Shown here: one piece after another, positions 39,123 to 47,925 of the stretch
How the letters are laid out: each line of letters opens with the position of its first letter
How positions within the stretch are numbered: the stretch's first letter is position 1
Virus record (IMG/VR): IMGVR_UViG_3300046642_000603
Coordinates: 1-64,000 of that record
Direction: 5' to 3' (one strand)
DNA from: a virus
Lineage: Duplodnaviria > Caudoviricetes
DNA: 64,000 nt
Made by a program: the position numbers and the translations under genes
Notes under the pieces: generated by a model
The model's database searches: none
What the model was told of the DNA's origin: nothing
Seen by the model: the letters and a program-made list of their open reading frames with translations, nothing else

Positions 39123-39910
39123 GCGTCGAAGGCATCCACGCGATCACCAGCAAGTTCAAGGAGCGCTGGCTCTCCCCGCTCCAGTTCCCCGGCTCCCACC
39201 GCTCCGTCGACCAGCGCCTGGACGACCTGGAGAACGCCAAGCAGGGCCAGCAGCCCGCCAACTCCCGCATCAAGATCCGCGTCAAGGGTCAGAAGAGCAA
39301 GGCCGCCGCCCCGCAGGCGTCCCCGGCCGCCCGCGAGGAGATCAAGCGCGTCGGCGAGGACCACGTCTCGGACTCCTACGGCTGGCACGCGGAGCACTCC
39401 ACTGCCGCGACCGACCTGCTGCACACCTTCAACCAGCGCATGAACTCCATCCAGGCGCAGCAGAAGCCGTCCGCGTCCGGCGGCTGGGCCGCGTACAACG
39501 ACACCTTCGGCGCGGGTGCCCACTCGACCGCCAGCCCGTCCCCGGCGCCCGGCGGCCAGGCCGAGTGGCGTGACCACGGCCAGGGCCACCAGATCCGCAC
39601 CTACCCGACCTACAACCCCGACGGCTCGCGCGGTGCCCGCAAGATCGGTATCCGGCCCAAGCCGGAAGGCGCCTCGGCCGCTCCCGCAGCCCCGCTTAAT
39701 ACCTCGGCGGCCCCGGCCGCCAAGAAGCCGCAGCGCGTCACCCAGCCCGGCCTGTTCGGCCCGAGCCAGGTCGCCCCGGTCCGCTCCCAGCAGCAGTTCG
39801 GCCAGGCCGCCAAGGCCGCCCCGTCGAAGGGCGGTCCGACCCCGGCCCGCAAGCCCCGAGTCACCCAGCCCGGCCTCTTCCCGAAGAGCGCCGTCAAGCC
39901 CCCGCAGTAA
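39119..39910 (+). CDS. Low-complexity protein with repeated RVTQPGLF
   Basis: ATGA coupling; A/P/K-rich C-terminus. Confidence 0.6.
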   Translation: MSVEGIHAITSKFKERWLSPLQFPGSHRSVDQRLDDLENAKQGQQPANSRIKIRVKGQKSKAAAPQASPAAREEIKRVGEDHVSDSYGWHAEHSTAATDLLHTFNQRMNSIQAQQKPSASGGWAAYNDTFGAGAHSTASPSPAPGGQAEWRDHGQGHQIRTYPTYNPDGSRGARKIGIRPKPEGASAAPAAPLNTSAAPAAKKPQRVTQPGLFGPSQVAPVRSQQQFGQAAKAAPSKGGPTPARKPRVTQPGLFPKSAVKPPQ

Positions 39911-39936
39911 CCAACTCAGATTCGGAGAAACAACCC

Positions 39937-41475
39937 GTGGAACTGTACTTCGGCGGTTCAGAGATTCCCGGCTGGCGCAAGATGCTGGCCGAGGAAGGCG
40001 TCGAGAACGTCTCCCTCTCCTACATGGGGCTGCGGAGGCGGACCAAGTTCTCCCGGCCGTGGCTCATCGAGGACCACTACCTGGAGGGCCAGAAGGTCTT
40101 CCTCGACTCCGGCGCCTACACCGTGAACAAGGCCGAGGACGACGCGTACTCGGTCGGTGAACTCAAGGAGATCGCCGCTCATTACGAGGCGTTCGTCCAG
40201 CAGAATATCGACTCGCTTAATATGGTGTCCGAGTTCGACGCGGTCGTTCTCGGGCGCGAGTGGATAGAGGCCCGGCGCGAGGATTTCTGGGAGGATCTGC
40301 CGGAGGACAAGTTCCTTCCTATCTGGCACGCGGAATGGGGCGTCGATGAACTCGACCGCCTCGCTCAGCGGTATAAGCGTGTCGGAATTACCCAGACGGA
40401 TTTGGACGGACGGAATCTCTCTCCCGTTCTCAACGAGATCACCCGGAAATACGGAACCCTGCTCCACGGCGTCGCAATGACGAAGCCTGCGGAAATGGCT
40501 GCCGTCACCTGGGATTCCGTCGCGTCCACCTCCTGGATTTCCCCCTCGCAGTACGGTGACACCATCGTCTGGACCGGCCGGGAATTGAAGCGGTACCCGA
40601 AGAAATACAAGGACCAGGCGCGTAAGCGGCACCGCACGCTTTTCCAGGAAGCGGGCTTCGACCCGGACAAGATAGAGGACGGGGACAACAACGAGGTCCT
40701 GCGGTTCACCATCTGGTCGTGGCAGCAGTTGGCGGCCTCCATCGAGCAGCACCGTGCGCCCGAGACCGAAGCAGTTACTACTTCCGCTTCAGGGATACTC
40801 TCCGCTTTCTCTCAAACGCAGGGGGGCACAGTTGATACGACGACCGGAGAAGTGGTCAACGCCGTAGCAACTCCCACCCCTCGCCGGGACCGCCCGCGTA
40901 CCAACTTGCCGGTGATCGGCGTGGTGCAGGAGAAGGAGGTCTACACCGACCCCGACGACGGCGTGAACAAGGAGCGCGACGTCCCGCTGGTCACCGTCCG
41001 CTCGCAGTCCATGCGGGTCTGCTCGTCCTGCTTCCTCTCCTCGAAGTGCCCGGCCTTCGACAAGGATGCCAACTGCGCGTACGACATCCCGGTCGAGGTG
41101 AAGAGCAAGCAGCAGATGGGCGCGCTCCAGAATTCGCTCATTGAGATGCAGGCGCAGCGGGTCCTCTTCATGAAGATGGTCGAGGATATGACCGGCGGTT
41201 ACGCGGATCCGAACCTCTCCGGTGAGATCGACCGGCTCCAGAAACTGGTGAAGGTGAAGACCGAACTGGAGCAGGACTCCTTCTCCGTGAAACTGGAGGC
41301 TAAGGGGAACGGTGCGCAGGCCGGTATGATCAGCCGTCTGTTCGGAAAAGACGCAGGGCAGCAGATGACCGCCTTCGACAACCCCGTGTCGGCGGACCGG
41401 ATGATCGAGTCCGGCAGCGGATTCATCGACGCGGAAATCGTCGATGTACCAACTCTCTACAACCAGGAAGGTTAG
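39937..41475 (+). CDS. TGT/DpdA-like (queuine tRNA-ribosyltransferase fold) protein fused to a Cys-rich/helical C-terminal domain
   Basis: VFLDSGAYT, EFD, PIWH, LHGVA, WDSVASTSW motifs; C-terminal CSSC....CP......C. Confidence 0.6.
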   Translation: MELYFGGSEIPGWRKMLAEEGVENVSLSYMGLRRRTKFSRPWLIEDHYLEGQKVFLDSGAYTVNKAEDDAYSVGELKEIAAHYEAFVQQNIDSLNMVSEFDAVVLGREWIEARREDFWEDLPEDKFLPIWHAEWGVDELDRLAQRYKRVGITQTDLDGRNLSPVLNEITRKYGTLLHGVAMTKPAEMAAVTWDSVASTSWISPSQYGDTIVWTGRELKRYPKKYKDQARKRHRTLFQEAGFDPDKIEDGDNNEVLRFTIWSWQQLAASIEQHRAPETEAVTTSASGILSAFSQTQGGTVDTTTGEVVNAVATPTPRRDRPRTNLPVIGVVQEKEVYTDPDDGVNKERDVPLVTVRSQSMRVCSSCFLSSKCPAFDKDANCAYDIPVEVKSKQQMGALQNSLIEMQAQRVLFMKMVEDMTGGYADPNLSGEIDRLQKLVKVKTELEQDSFSVKLEAKGNGAQAGMISRLFGKDAGQQMTAFDNPVSADRMIESGSGFIDAEIVDVPTLYNQEG

Positions 41476-41487
41476 TTAGTACTTCTC

Positions 41488-41637
41488 ATGGACACGCACG
41501 TGCATGCAGTGTCTTTCGCCGAAAGCGGCGAGAGCACGGCAGAAGAGGTCGAGTGCAAGCGCTGCTACGGCACGGGGGAGGACCGCGACGGAGCGGACTG
41601 TGTCCCCTGCGAGGGCTACGGTACGGTGCTGGTATGA
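41488..41637 (+). CDS. Small DnaJ-type zinc-finger protein
   Basis: CKRCYGTG...CVPCEGYG. Confidence 0.55.
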   Translation: MDTHVHAVSFAESGESTAEEVECKRCYGTGEDRDGADCVPCEGYGTVLV

Positions 41638-42017
41638 ACAGATTCCGCCGAGTAAAGGCCGCCCTCATCACAATCGGAATTCTCGCGATTCCTGCGATCG
41701 GACTTTCCGTGATCCCCGAGCAGGATTCCACCGGGCTTAATACCGGAGTTTCCAGGTCGGTTTCTTCCGGAACAGAGGGGGATTCCAACCCGCAGCCTGT
41801 TGCCACAGTCACCCGGTATGCCGAGGCGCCCGCTAAGCGGAATACGGGCACATGCAAGGTGTCGCTCGTGATCGGGCCCTCGCCCGCCGTACCCGCACCT
41901 ACGTCCTCGGCCACGCCTTACGCACCCGTGAATGGGCTCGCACATACGCATTCCGTGCAGGTCAAGATTCCGTGCCCCGTGGAGACGGTGACGGAAACAC
42001 CAACGTCTACCAAGTAA
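41634..42017 (+). CDS. Secreted/membrane-anchored Ser/Thr/Pro-rich protein
   Basis: MNRFRRVK followed by a hydrophobic stretch. Confidence 0.5.
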   Translation: MNRFRRVKAALITIGILAIPAIGLSVIPEQDSTGLNTGVSRSVSSGTEGDSNPQPVATVTRYAEAPAKRNTGTCKVSLVIGPSPAVPAPTSSATPYAPVNGLAHTHSVQVKIPCPVETVTETPTSTK

Positions 42018-42039
42018 TCCACCGCCTGGTCAACATATG

Positions 42040-42079
42040 AAAGCCGTGAGCTGCCTGTGACGCAGCTCACGGCTTTCTT
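42040..42079 (+). terminator. Intrinsic terminator ending the core region
   Basis: AAAGCCGTGAGCTGC-ctgtgac-GCAGCTCACGGCTTT-CTT. Confidence 0.75.
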
Positions 42080-42102
42080 CGTTACGTCTCGCAGATTACG
42101 TC

Positions 42103-42167
42103 TTGACGGTTACGGCTTTCGGAGTAGTGTTCTCCCTGTCAACACCAACCGCCCCCACAGCAGGAGG
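42103..42167 (+). promoter_or_regulatory. Host-sigma promoter plus conserved leader
   Basis: TTGACG-N16-TAGTGT then CCAACCGCCCCC...CAGGAGG. Confidence 0.6.
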
Positions 42168-42175
42168 AGCACCCC

Positions 42176-42535
42176 ATGACCGACAACAGCGTCCGCGAAT
42201 ACCTCGCCCTGGAGCAGAAGTACTCCGAGGTGATCCACATCGTCGAGGCCGCCATGAACGGCGAGCGCGTGAACATCACCGACGTGCGCCGCGCCCTCGA
42301 CGACATCTACAACGCGGGCCGCGACAAGGGCCCCGCCATCGAGACCCCGCGCCGTCCGCTGTCCTACGAGATCAGCGACAACATCGTCCTGGTCATGGGC
42401 GGTGGCACCTCCGAGAAGGGCGCCCGCCAGCACACCGAGAACCTGGTCAACGCGGCCAAGGAGCACGGCTTCAAGCAGGGCTACGCCGAGGCCAAGCGCA
42501 AGGTCCTGCTCGCCCTGACCGGCAAGGAGGTCTGA
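42176..42535 (+). CDS. Hypothetical early protein
   Basis: Strong RBS. Confidence 0.7.
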   Translation: MTDNSVREYLALEQKYSEVIHIVEAAMNGERVNITDVRRALDDIYNAGRDKGPAIETPRRPLSYEISDNIVLVMGGGTSEKGARQHTENLVNAAKEHGFKQGYAEAKRKVLLALTGKEV

Positions 42536-42537
42536 GC

Positions 42538-43053
42538 ATGCGCGACAACCAGAAGTCCAAGGTCTACAGCGCCGAAAACCTCGTCATGGACGTGCTGGCC
42601 ACCGTCGCCAAGACCGACGCCCGCACCTTCGACTTCTACGGCTCCGGCCTGGTCCTGCCCGACGAGCGCAAGTTCGGCGACCTCGACGGCGTCCAGCGCT
42701 ACATCGACCAGGTCCTCGGCCTGAACTGGGTACGCGCCACCTGGCCCACCCGGGCCGCCCTGCCGGTCACCGTCCGCGCCAGGAAGGGCGACGCCCACGC
42801 CCACTACGAACCGCTGCGCCACGTCATCGCCGTCCCCGAGCACCATCGCGGGATCTCCTGGGCCATGCGCGAGATGGTCATCATCCACGAGCTGGCCCAC
42901 CATCTCGCCCGGGGCGGAGAGGTCCACGGCGTGCAGTTCGTCTCCACCTACCTGCACCTGGTCAAGGAACTGGTAGGCGACGAGGTCGGTCTGCTGCTCA
43001 CCGACGCCTTCGCCCGTAACGGCGTCGCCTTCGGCGCCCTCGTCGCCGCCTGA
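42538..43053 (+). CDS. TIGR04338 (Rv0185-like) HExxH metallohydrolase
   Basis: RDNQKSKVYSAE, ERKFGDL, WAMREMVIIHELAHH, HG..F. Confidence 0.8.
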   Translation: MRDNQKSKVYSAENLVMDVLATVAKTDARTFDFYGSGLVLPDERKFGDLDGVQRYIDQVLGLNWVRATWPTRAALPVTVRARKGDAHAHYEPLRHVIAVPEHHRGISWAMREMVIIHELAHHLARGGEVHGVQFVSTYLHLVKELVGDEVGLLLTDAFARNGVAFGALVAA

Positions 43054-43062
43054 GAGGTCCCC

Positions 43063-43266
43063 ATGCCCATCGAGCCCAAGCGTGAAGCCCGAATCCGTCG
43101 CATGGTCGCGCACCTCATGAACGAGGCATTGCGTACGGCGCCCATCGCCCCCGAGGACGGGAAGCCCTTCCAGCCTGACGACGTGAACGTCTGGGAGATC
43201 ATCTCCTACGTCCGCAACGCCACGATCACCGAATTCCGCGACGCCGTGGAAGACCTGCGTCACTGA
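43063..43266 (+). CDS. Hypothetical protein
   Basis: GAGG RBS. Confidence 0.5.
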   Translation: MPIEPKREARIRRMVAHLMNEALRTAPIAPEDGKPFQPDDVNVWEIISYVRNATITEFRDAVEDLRH

Positions 43267-43314
43267 AAGGCCCTCGTGTCTCTCACTGTCCCGCAAGTAA
43301 TCTCGCAATAACGC

Positions 43315-43377
43315 TTGACAACGGGTTTCGTGAACCCGTAACGTCTACCTCACACCAACCGCCCCCGTAACAGGAGG
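43315..43377 (+). promoter_or_regulatory. Host-sigma promoter plus conserved leader
   Basis: TTGACA-N18-TAACGT; CCAACCGCCCCC...CAGGAGG. Confidence 0.7.
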
Positions 43378-43385
43378 AGCCCACG

Positions 43386-44243
43386 ATGGCTGACCGCATG
43401 CTCGACAAGCTGGCCAAGATCCTCGCCCAGGCCGAGAACGCCTCGACCCCCGAGGAAGCCGCGACCTACATGAAGAAGGCGCAGTCCCTGGCTACCCTCG
43501 GCAGCATCGACCTCGCCGTGGCCCGGCAGCACACCGCGAAGAAGGAGCAGCGCGAGCAGCCGACCCACAAGATGATCACCATCGGCCAGGCCCGCAAGCA
43601 GAACAACGCGCGGCTGGTCAACCTGTTCAACGCCATCGCGTACGCCAACGACGTCCGGCTCAACATCGCGAACAACAGCACCTTCGTCATCGCGTTCGGC
43701 ATGCCGTCGGACATCGAGGTCGTCGAGGTCCTGTACGCCAGCCTGCTCTTCCAGATGGTCGAGTCCGCCAACGCCTGGCTGAAGACCGGCGAGTACAAGA
43801 AGGAGACGGTCCGGGGCAAGAAGAAGGTCTGGGACGCCTACTGGGGCGAGTGGGACTACGAGACGGTCTACAAGCCCATGGACGGCCGCACCGCCCGCGC
43901 CAACTTCTACGACGCCTTCACCGGCCGCATCTCCGCCCGCCTGCAAGAGGCCCGCCGGGAGGCCCTGGAGGCCGCCAAGGAGAAGACCTACAGCGTGCCC
44001 AGCACGGGCGTGGACGGCCGTGAGTACGAGATCGAGGTGACCGCTGCCCTCGTCCTCTTCGACAAGAAGAAGGAGGTCTCCGACTACTTCAACGCGAAGT
44101 CCACCGCCAGGGGCACCTGGAAGGGCGCCAGCACCACCACCCGCAGCAGCACCGCCCGCAGCGCCGGGGACAGCGCGGCCAGGTCCGCCCGTCTGGGCAG
44201 CGCCAAGGCCATCGGTGGTCAGCGCACGCCCCTCGCCGCCTGA
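43386..44243 (+). CDS. DUF2786 domain protein (Rv0184-like)
   Basis: MLDKLAKILAQAENASTPEEA...KAQ; FG...DIEVVEVLYASL..QM. Confidence 0.8.
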   Translation: MADRMLDKLAKILAQAENASTPEEAATYMKKAQSLATLGSIDLAVARQHTAKKEQREQPTHKMITIGQARKQNNARLVNLFNAIAYANDVRLNIANNSTFVIAFGMPSDIEVVEVLYASLLFQMVESANAWLKTGEYKKETVRGKKKVWDAYWGEWDYETVYKPMDGRTARANFYDAFTGRISARLQEARREALEAAKEKTYSVPSTGVDGREYEIEVTAALVLFDKKKEVSDYFNAKSTARGTWKGASTTTRSSTARSAGDSAARSARLGSAKAIGGQRTPLAA

Positions 44244-44263
44244 GACCCTAGGAGATCACCAGC

Positions 44264-44494
44264 ATGCGCACCGTCGCCCGCACCGCCACGAAGAAGATCG
44301 CCGCCATCAAGGCCGACTTCACCGACTGCCGCTCCTACGACGGCACGGAGATGGTCTCCGTGGACGCCGACCACGCCTGGCAGGCCCTGACGGCCTACCC
44401 CAAGGCCCGGCTGATCGAGTCCTCGGACGGCACCCGCTACACCATCCAGGTCCACGGCGGCAAGTTCTACCACCTGCGGCGCCCCGCCGCGTGA
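44264..44494 (+). CDS. Hypothetical protein
   Basis: AGGAG RBS. Confidence 0.6.
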   Translation: MRTVARTATKKIAAIKADFTDCRSYDGTEMVSVDADHAWQALTAYPKARLIESSDGTRYTIQVHGGKFYHLRRPAA

Positions 44495-44597
44495 TCCTTG
44501 CGCACCCCCTGCGTACGGGCCGTCCGACTCGACACCTGAGCCGGGCGGCCCGTACGCTTCCCGCGACCATCAATCCCCGCACCAGGAGGAGCCCACC

Positions 44598-44933
44598 ATG
44601 CCCGCGCCCCGCAGCATGTCCCGCAGCGACTACGAGACCCTGTCCGCCGCCCTCGCCGACTCCGACGACCAGGACATCAACGCCCGCCGCAACATCGCCT
44701 TCAACATCGCCGACGCCCTCACCGGCACGGGCGACCGCTTCGACCCCATCCTGTGGCTGCGCCAGTGCAAGATCGGCCCGTTCTCCCCGGCCGACGTGGC
44801 CGACTGGTCCACCCGCCTGGACCTGCGCATCAAGGCCATCGGCAAGAAGCGCCGCAACTCCCTGGACATGGGGTACGACATCGAGCAGTACATCGACGCA
44901 AGCGGTTCGCCGATTACGGTTGACAAGGCGTAG
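44598..44933 (+). CDS. Hypothetical protein
   Basis: AGGAGG RBS; MSRSDYE...RFDP..W. Confidence 0.65.
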   Translation: MPAPRSMSRSDYETLSAALADSDDQDINARRNIAFNIADALTGTGDRFDPILWLRQCKIGPFSPADVADWSTRLDLRIKAIGKKRRNSLDMGYDIEQYIDASGSPITVDKA

Positions 44934-44984
44934 CCGCCCTCATAGAGTCTTACCTGTCAGCAACAACCGCCCCGAAACAGGAGG
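44920..44984 (+). promoter_or_regulatory. Host-sigma promoter plus conserved leader
   Basis: TTGACA-N17-TAGAGT; CAACCGCCCC...CAGGAGG. Confidence 0.75.
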
Positions 44985-44990
44985 CCCCAG

Positions 44991-45953
44991 GTGAACCTCA
45001 CCACCGCTACCCCCGTCGAGATCGACACCGTCCTCTCCGACATGTGGGCCGAGCAGCAGGCCGTCGAGCTGCGCATCGCTGGCTACCAGCGCGCCGAGGC
45101 CGAGACCTTCGTGATCATCGAGAAGATCAGGAACGGCTTCCGGCTGCCGCAGTACCGCACCGTCCTCGACGGCATCGAGCTGGTGGAACAGCTCAACCTG
45201 CTCAAGGGGAACATCGAGGCGTACAAGGCCGAGCTGGCCGAGCTGGAGAAGAAGTCCCTCCCCTACGAGAACGAGTACGTCCGTCGCGGCGGCTGGGCCC
45301 GAGTGTTCCTGGCCAAGAGCAGCGACGGCCACGCCCACAACGGCCAGAACTGCTCCACCTGCCACCACGGCGAGTACCGCACGCAGTTCGCCTGGCTGGT
45401 CGAGTACTCCGGCAAGCCGGAGGCCGAGATCGTCGCCGATGCCGGGAAGCGCGCCTGCACCACCTGCTACCCCTCGGCCCCGGTGAACGCCAAGGACACC
45501 AAGATGTTCACGCCGGAGGAGCGCGAGGCCCAGCAGGCCCGCGAGGAGCGCGAGGCGGAGCGGACCCGCAAGGCCCGGGAGGCGGCCGACAAGAGCATCA
45601 CCACCCCCGAGGGCGAGAAGCTGTACGCGGGCAAGGACCACGACTCCTGGGACGTCTGCAAGACCCTTCGTACCGCCGAGGTCGCCGCGACCGACGCCCT
45701 GCTGGAGGTCCTGCTGGACCAGGCGCGCGAGAACGACCCGGAGTGGGCCCACTACTTCGAGCACAGGTCCTACGCCCAGCGGCAGATGGAGAACACCCGC
45801 CACGCCTGGTACCTGCTCCGGGCCATCGCCAACAAGAAGGGCCTGACCTTCCAGGAGGTCTTCGAGACCCACGAGAAGAAGGCCCAGGCGAAGCAGCGCA
45901 AGATCGAGCGCGAGTGGGCGAAGGACACGCGCAACCCGAACCGCGTCAAGTGA
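44991..45953 (+). CDS. Hypothetical Zn-binding phage protein
   Basis: GGWARVFL...GHAH....CSTC...ACTTCYPSAP. Confidence 0.75.
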   Translation: MNLTTATPVEIDTVLSDMWAEQQAVELRIAGYQRAEAETFVIIEKIRNGFRLPQYRTVLDGIELVEQLNLLKGNIEAYKAELAELEKKSLPYENEYVRRGGWARVFLAKSSDGHAHNGQNCSTCHHGEYRTQFAWLVEYSGKPEAEIVADAGKRACTTCYPSAPVNAKDTKMFTPEEREAQQAREEREAERTRKAREAADKSITTPEGEKLYAGKDHDSWDVCKTLRTAEVAATDALLEVLLDQARENDPEWAHYFEHRSYAQRQMENTRHAWYLLRAIANKKGLTFQEVFETHEKKAQAKQRKIEREWAKDTRNPNRVK

Positions 45954-46022
45954 AGCCGTAACTCGGAAGCCGTAGGGGAGAACCCATAACCTGGAATCTT
46001 CCCTACGGCCCCGGAGGCACCC

Positions 46023-46169
46023 GTGAACGACCAGCAGCAGACCCCCGAGCACGTCCGCGCCGTCCAGGAGCGTCGGCGCAGCGGAGCGGCCGGAGGACAC
46101 GATTCCCGCCCCCGCAAGCAGCGAACGCGCAAGACTGCCAAGCACGCAGCCATACGAGACCAGGAGTAG
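46023..46169 (+). CDS. Small basic protein
   Basis: GGAGG then GTG; ERRRSGAAGGH...RTR resembles a small actinophage family. Confidence 0.55.
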   Translation: MNDQQQTPEHVRAVQERRRSGAAGGHDSRPRKQRTRKTAKHAAIRDQE

Positions 46170-46174
46170 CCACC

Positions 46175-46579
46175 GTGGACGCCAACGCGACCGCCAAGTA
46201 CATCGAGAAGGCCGTCACCGGAGCCGTGGACGGCGCCAACAAGGCCCGCGCGAACTACGCCGACCTGCTGCGCCTCCCGCTCAACGTCGGCAGCTCCATG
46301 TCCTCCCCGCACGTCCTGGACGCCGTCACCCACGCCGAGGCCGTCGCCCTGTCGTTCCTGGAGATCCACGACGTGGCCAACGGCACCCTGGAGCAGGTCG
46401 GCACGGAGAAGTTCCTGGAGGCCACCGAGACCGTGCGCAAGCGAATCCTGGACTGGCTGCGCACCTCCCGCGTGGAGAACGGCGGCATCGTCCAGGTGCA
46501 GGCCAACGCCCGCCACAACGCCGCCACCCGCGTGCTGTCCGTCACGGACATCATCGAACTCATCGACGAGGAGGACTGA
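46175..46579 (+). CDS. Hypothetical protein
   Basis: AGGAG RBS. Confidence 0.6.
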   Translation: MDANATAKYIEKAVTGAVDGANKARANYADLLRLPLNVGSSMSSPHVLDAVTHAEAVALSFLEIHDVANGTLEQVGTEKFLEATETVRKRILDWLRTSRVENGGIVQVQANARHNAATRVLSVTDIIELIDEED

Positions 46580-46581
46580 CC

Positions 46582-46710
46582 GTGTGCAAGTGCCGTGCCA
46601 CCACCTACCAGGGGCACCTCAAGAAGGTCGAGCAGGACGGTTACCCGGCCCACGTCTACAAGGGGCACTACTGGGCCCCCAAGGACGACACCGCAGCTCC
46701 CCAGCACTGA
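46582..46710 (+). CDS. Small hypothetical protein
   Basis: GAGGAGG then GTG; ends PQH-stop. Confidence 0.4.
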   Translation: MCKCRATTYQGHLKKVEQDGYPAHVYKGHYWAPKDDTAAPQH

Positions 46711-46741
46711 CCAACCACCCCACCATCAGGAGGGCACCACC

Positions 46742-47092
46742 ATGAAGATCGTCCCCACCAACTGGGCCACCCGCCGCGAGGTCTTCGTCCCCGTCGAGGA
46801 CGGGCCGACCATCCCCACCGGGGCCTACTCGGGCCGGGCCAAGGACAAGGAGATGAAGGTCGTCCGGTTCCACCTGACCTACTGGCCGAGCAACGGTGAG
46901 TGGAAGGCCGCGTCCCTGCCGGTCATCGGGGTCCTGCTGAAGCAGGACGGCACGCCGGGACAGGTCGAGCACCTGACCTCCTACAGCCTGGAGAACGACG
47001 ACATCCCGCAGTGGGCGAGGGACGTCGTCGAGCACTTCCGCCCGAAGGAGCCCGCGCCGACCTCGCCGGACTCCCTGGAACTCAGCGTCTGA
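46742..47092 (+). CDS. Hypothetical protein
   Basis: Leader motif plus AGGAGG. Confidence 0.65.
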   Translation: MKIVPTNWATRREVFVPVEDGPTIPTGAYSGRAKDKEMKVVRFHLTYWPSNGEWKAASLPVIGVLLKQDGTPGQVEHLTSYSLENDDIPQWARDVVEHFRPKEPAPTSPDSLELSV

Positions 47093-47109
47093 CACACGAG
47101 GAGCACGAC

Positions 47110-47352
47110 ATGAGCGAGCAGCCCGAAGAGCTGGAGTGCCTGGAAGACAACACGGGCGCGTGCAGCGGCCCCGTGGAGTTCCGTGACCCGCTGTCCGGCA
47201 CGGGCAAGTCCTTCCCGCGCTGCGCCGCCCACTGGTCGGCACGGCTGAAGAAGCAGGAGGAGATCGTCGCCCGGTACGCGCCGTTCTCCGACGTCCCGCC
47301 GAGCGGCTTCGACCCGACGTACGCGGGCGAGCGCTGGGACGAGGACTACTGA
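47110..47352 (+). CDS. Hypothetical protein
   Basis: CLE....CSGPVE...SGTGKSFPRC..H...FDPTYAGERWDEDY. Confidence 0.65.
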   Translation: MSEQPEELECLEDNTGACSGPVEFRDPLSGTGKSFPRCAAHWSARLKKQEEIVARYAPFSDVPPSGFDPTYAGERWDEDY

Positions 47353-47376
47353 TCGCAAGCACTTTAAGGGGATCGC

Positions 47377-47436
47377 TTGACGACTGTCGAGCGGTCCCCT
47401 TAACTGTTGTCTGACAACGCACCCCACACCAGGAGG
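47377..47436 (+). promoter_or_regulatory. Host-sigma promoter within an inverted repeat
   Basis: TTGACG-N18-TAACTG followed by leader and AGGAGG. Confidence 0.55.
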
Positions 47437-47441
47437 AGCAG

Positions 47442-47684
47442 ATGGCAGGCAGCCCGTTCCGATCCGTCCTGCTGGCCACGCGCCACGAGGCCGCCGACGA
47501 GCTGATCAGGCAGCGCGAGAAATCGCTGAAAGTCCTGGAGAGCCGCTGGCGCAAGGAGTCCAGGGCAGCCCGCCAGCGCATCCTCATGACCCGCATCCAG
47601 GCAACACGCAACAGCCTTGTCAGTTGGCAGGACTACATTGCCCAGGGATGCCCCCGCGTCGACAACGCCACCACCCGAGTCTGA
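47442..47684 (+). CDS. Hypothetical protein
   Basis: AGGAGG RBS. Confidence 0.6.
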   Translation: MAGSPFRSVLLATRHEAADELIRQREKSLKVLESRWRKESRAARQRILMTRIQATRNSLVSWQDYIAQGCPRVDNATTRV

Positions 47685-47698
47685 GCAGGAGCAGCACC

Positions 47699-47911
47699 GT
47701 GGAGAGTTTCAAGGTCTTGTGGACCGACACCAACGGCCACGCGCACGTGTCCGTCGTGAGCTACGACAAGACCAGCGCCGACCGCCGGGCCGGGGAGTTG
47801 CGGGGGACCATGACCAACGTCTCGGTCGTCCCTGTCTTCCCGCCCAACTGGACGTTCGAGCAGCAGCCCAAGGGGCGCATCGTCCAGCGCAGGCACACCG
47901 CAGTCAAGTAA
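47699..47911 (+). CDS. Hypothetical protein
   Basis: AGGAG then GTG. Confidence 0.5.
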   Translation: MESFKVLWTDTNGHAHVSVVSYDKTSADRRAGELRGTMTNVSVVPVFPPNWTFEQQPKGRIVQRRHTAVK

Positions 47912-47925
47912 GTTCAGGGTAGCGC

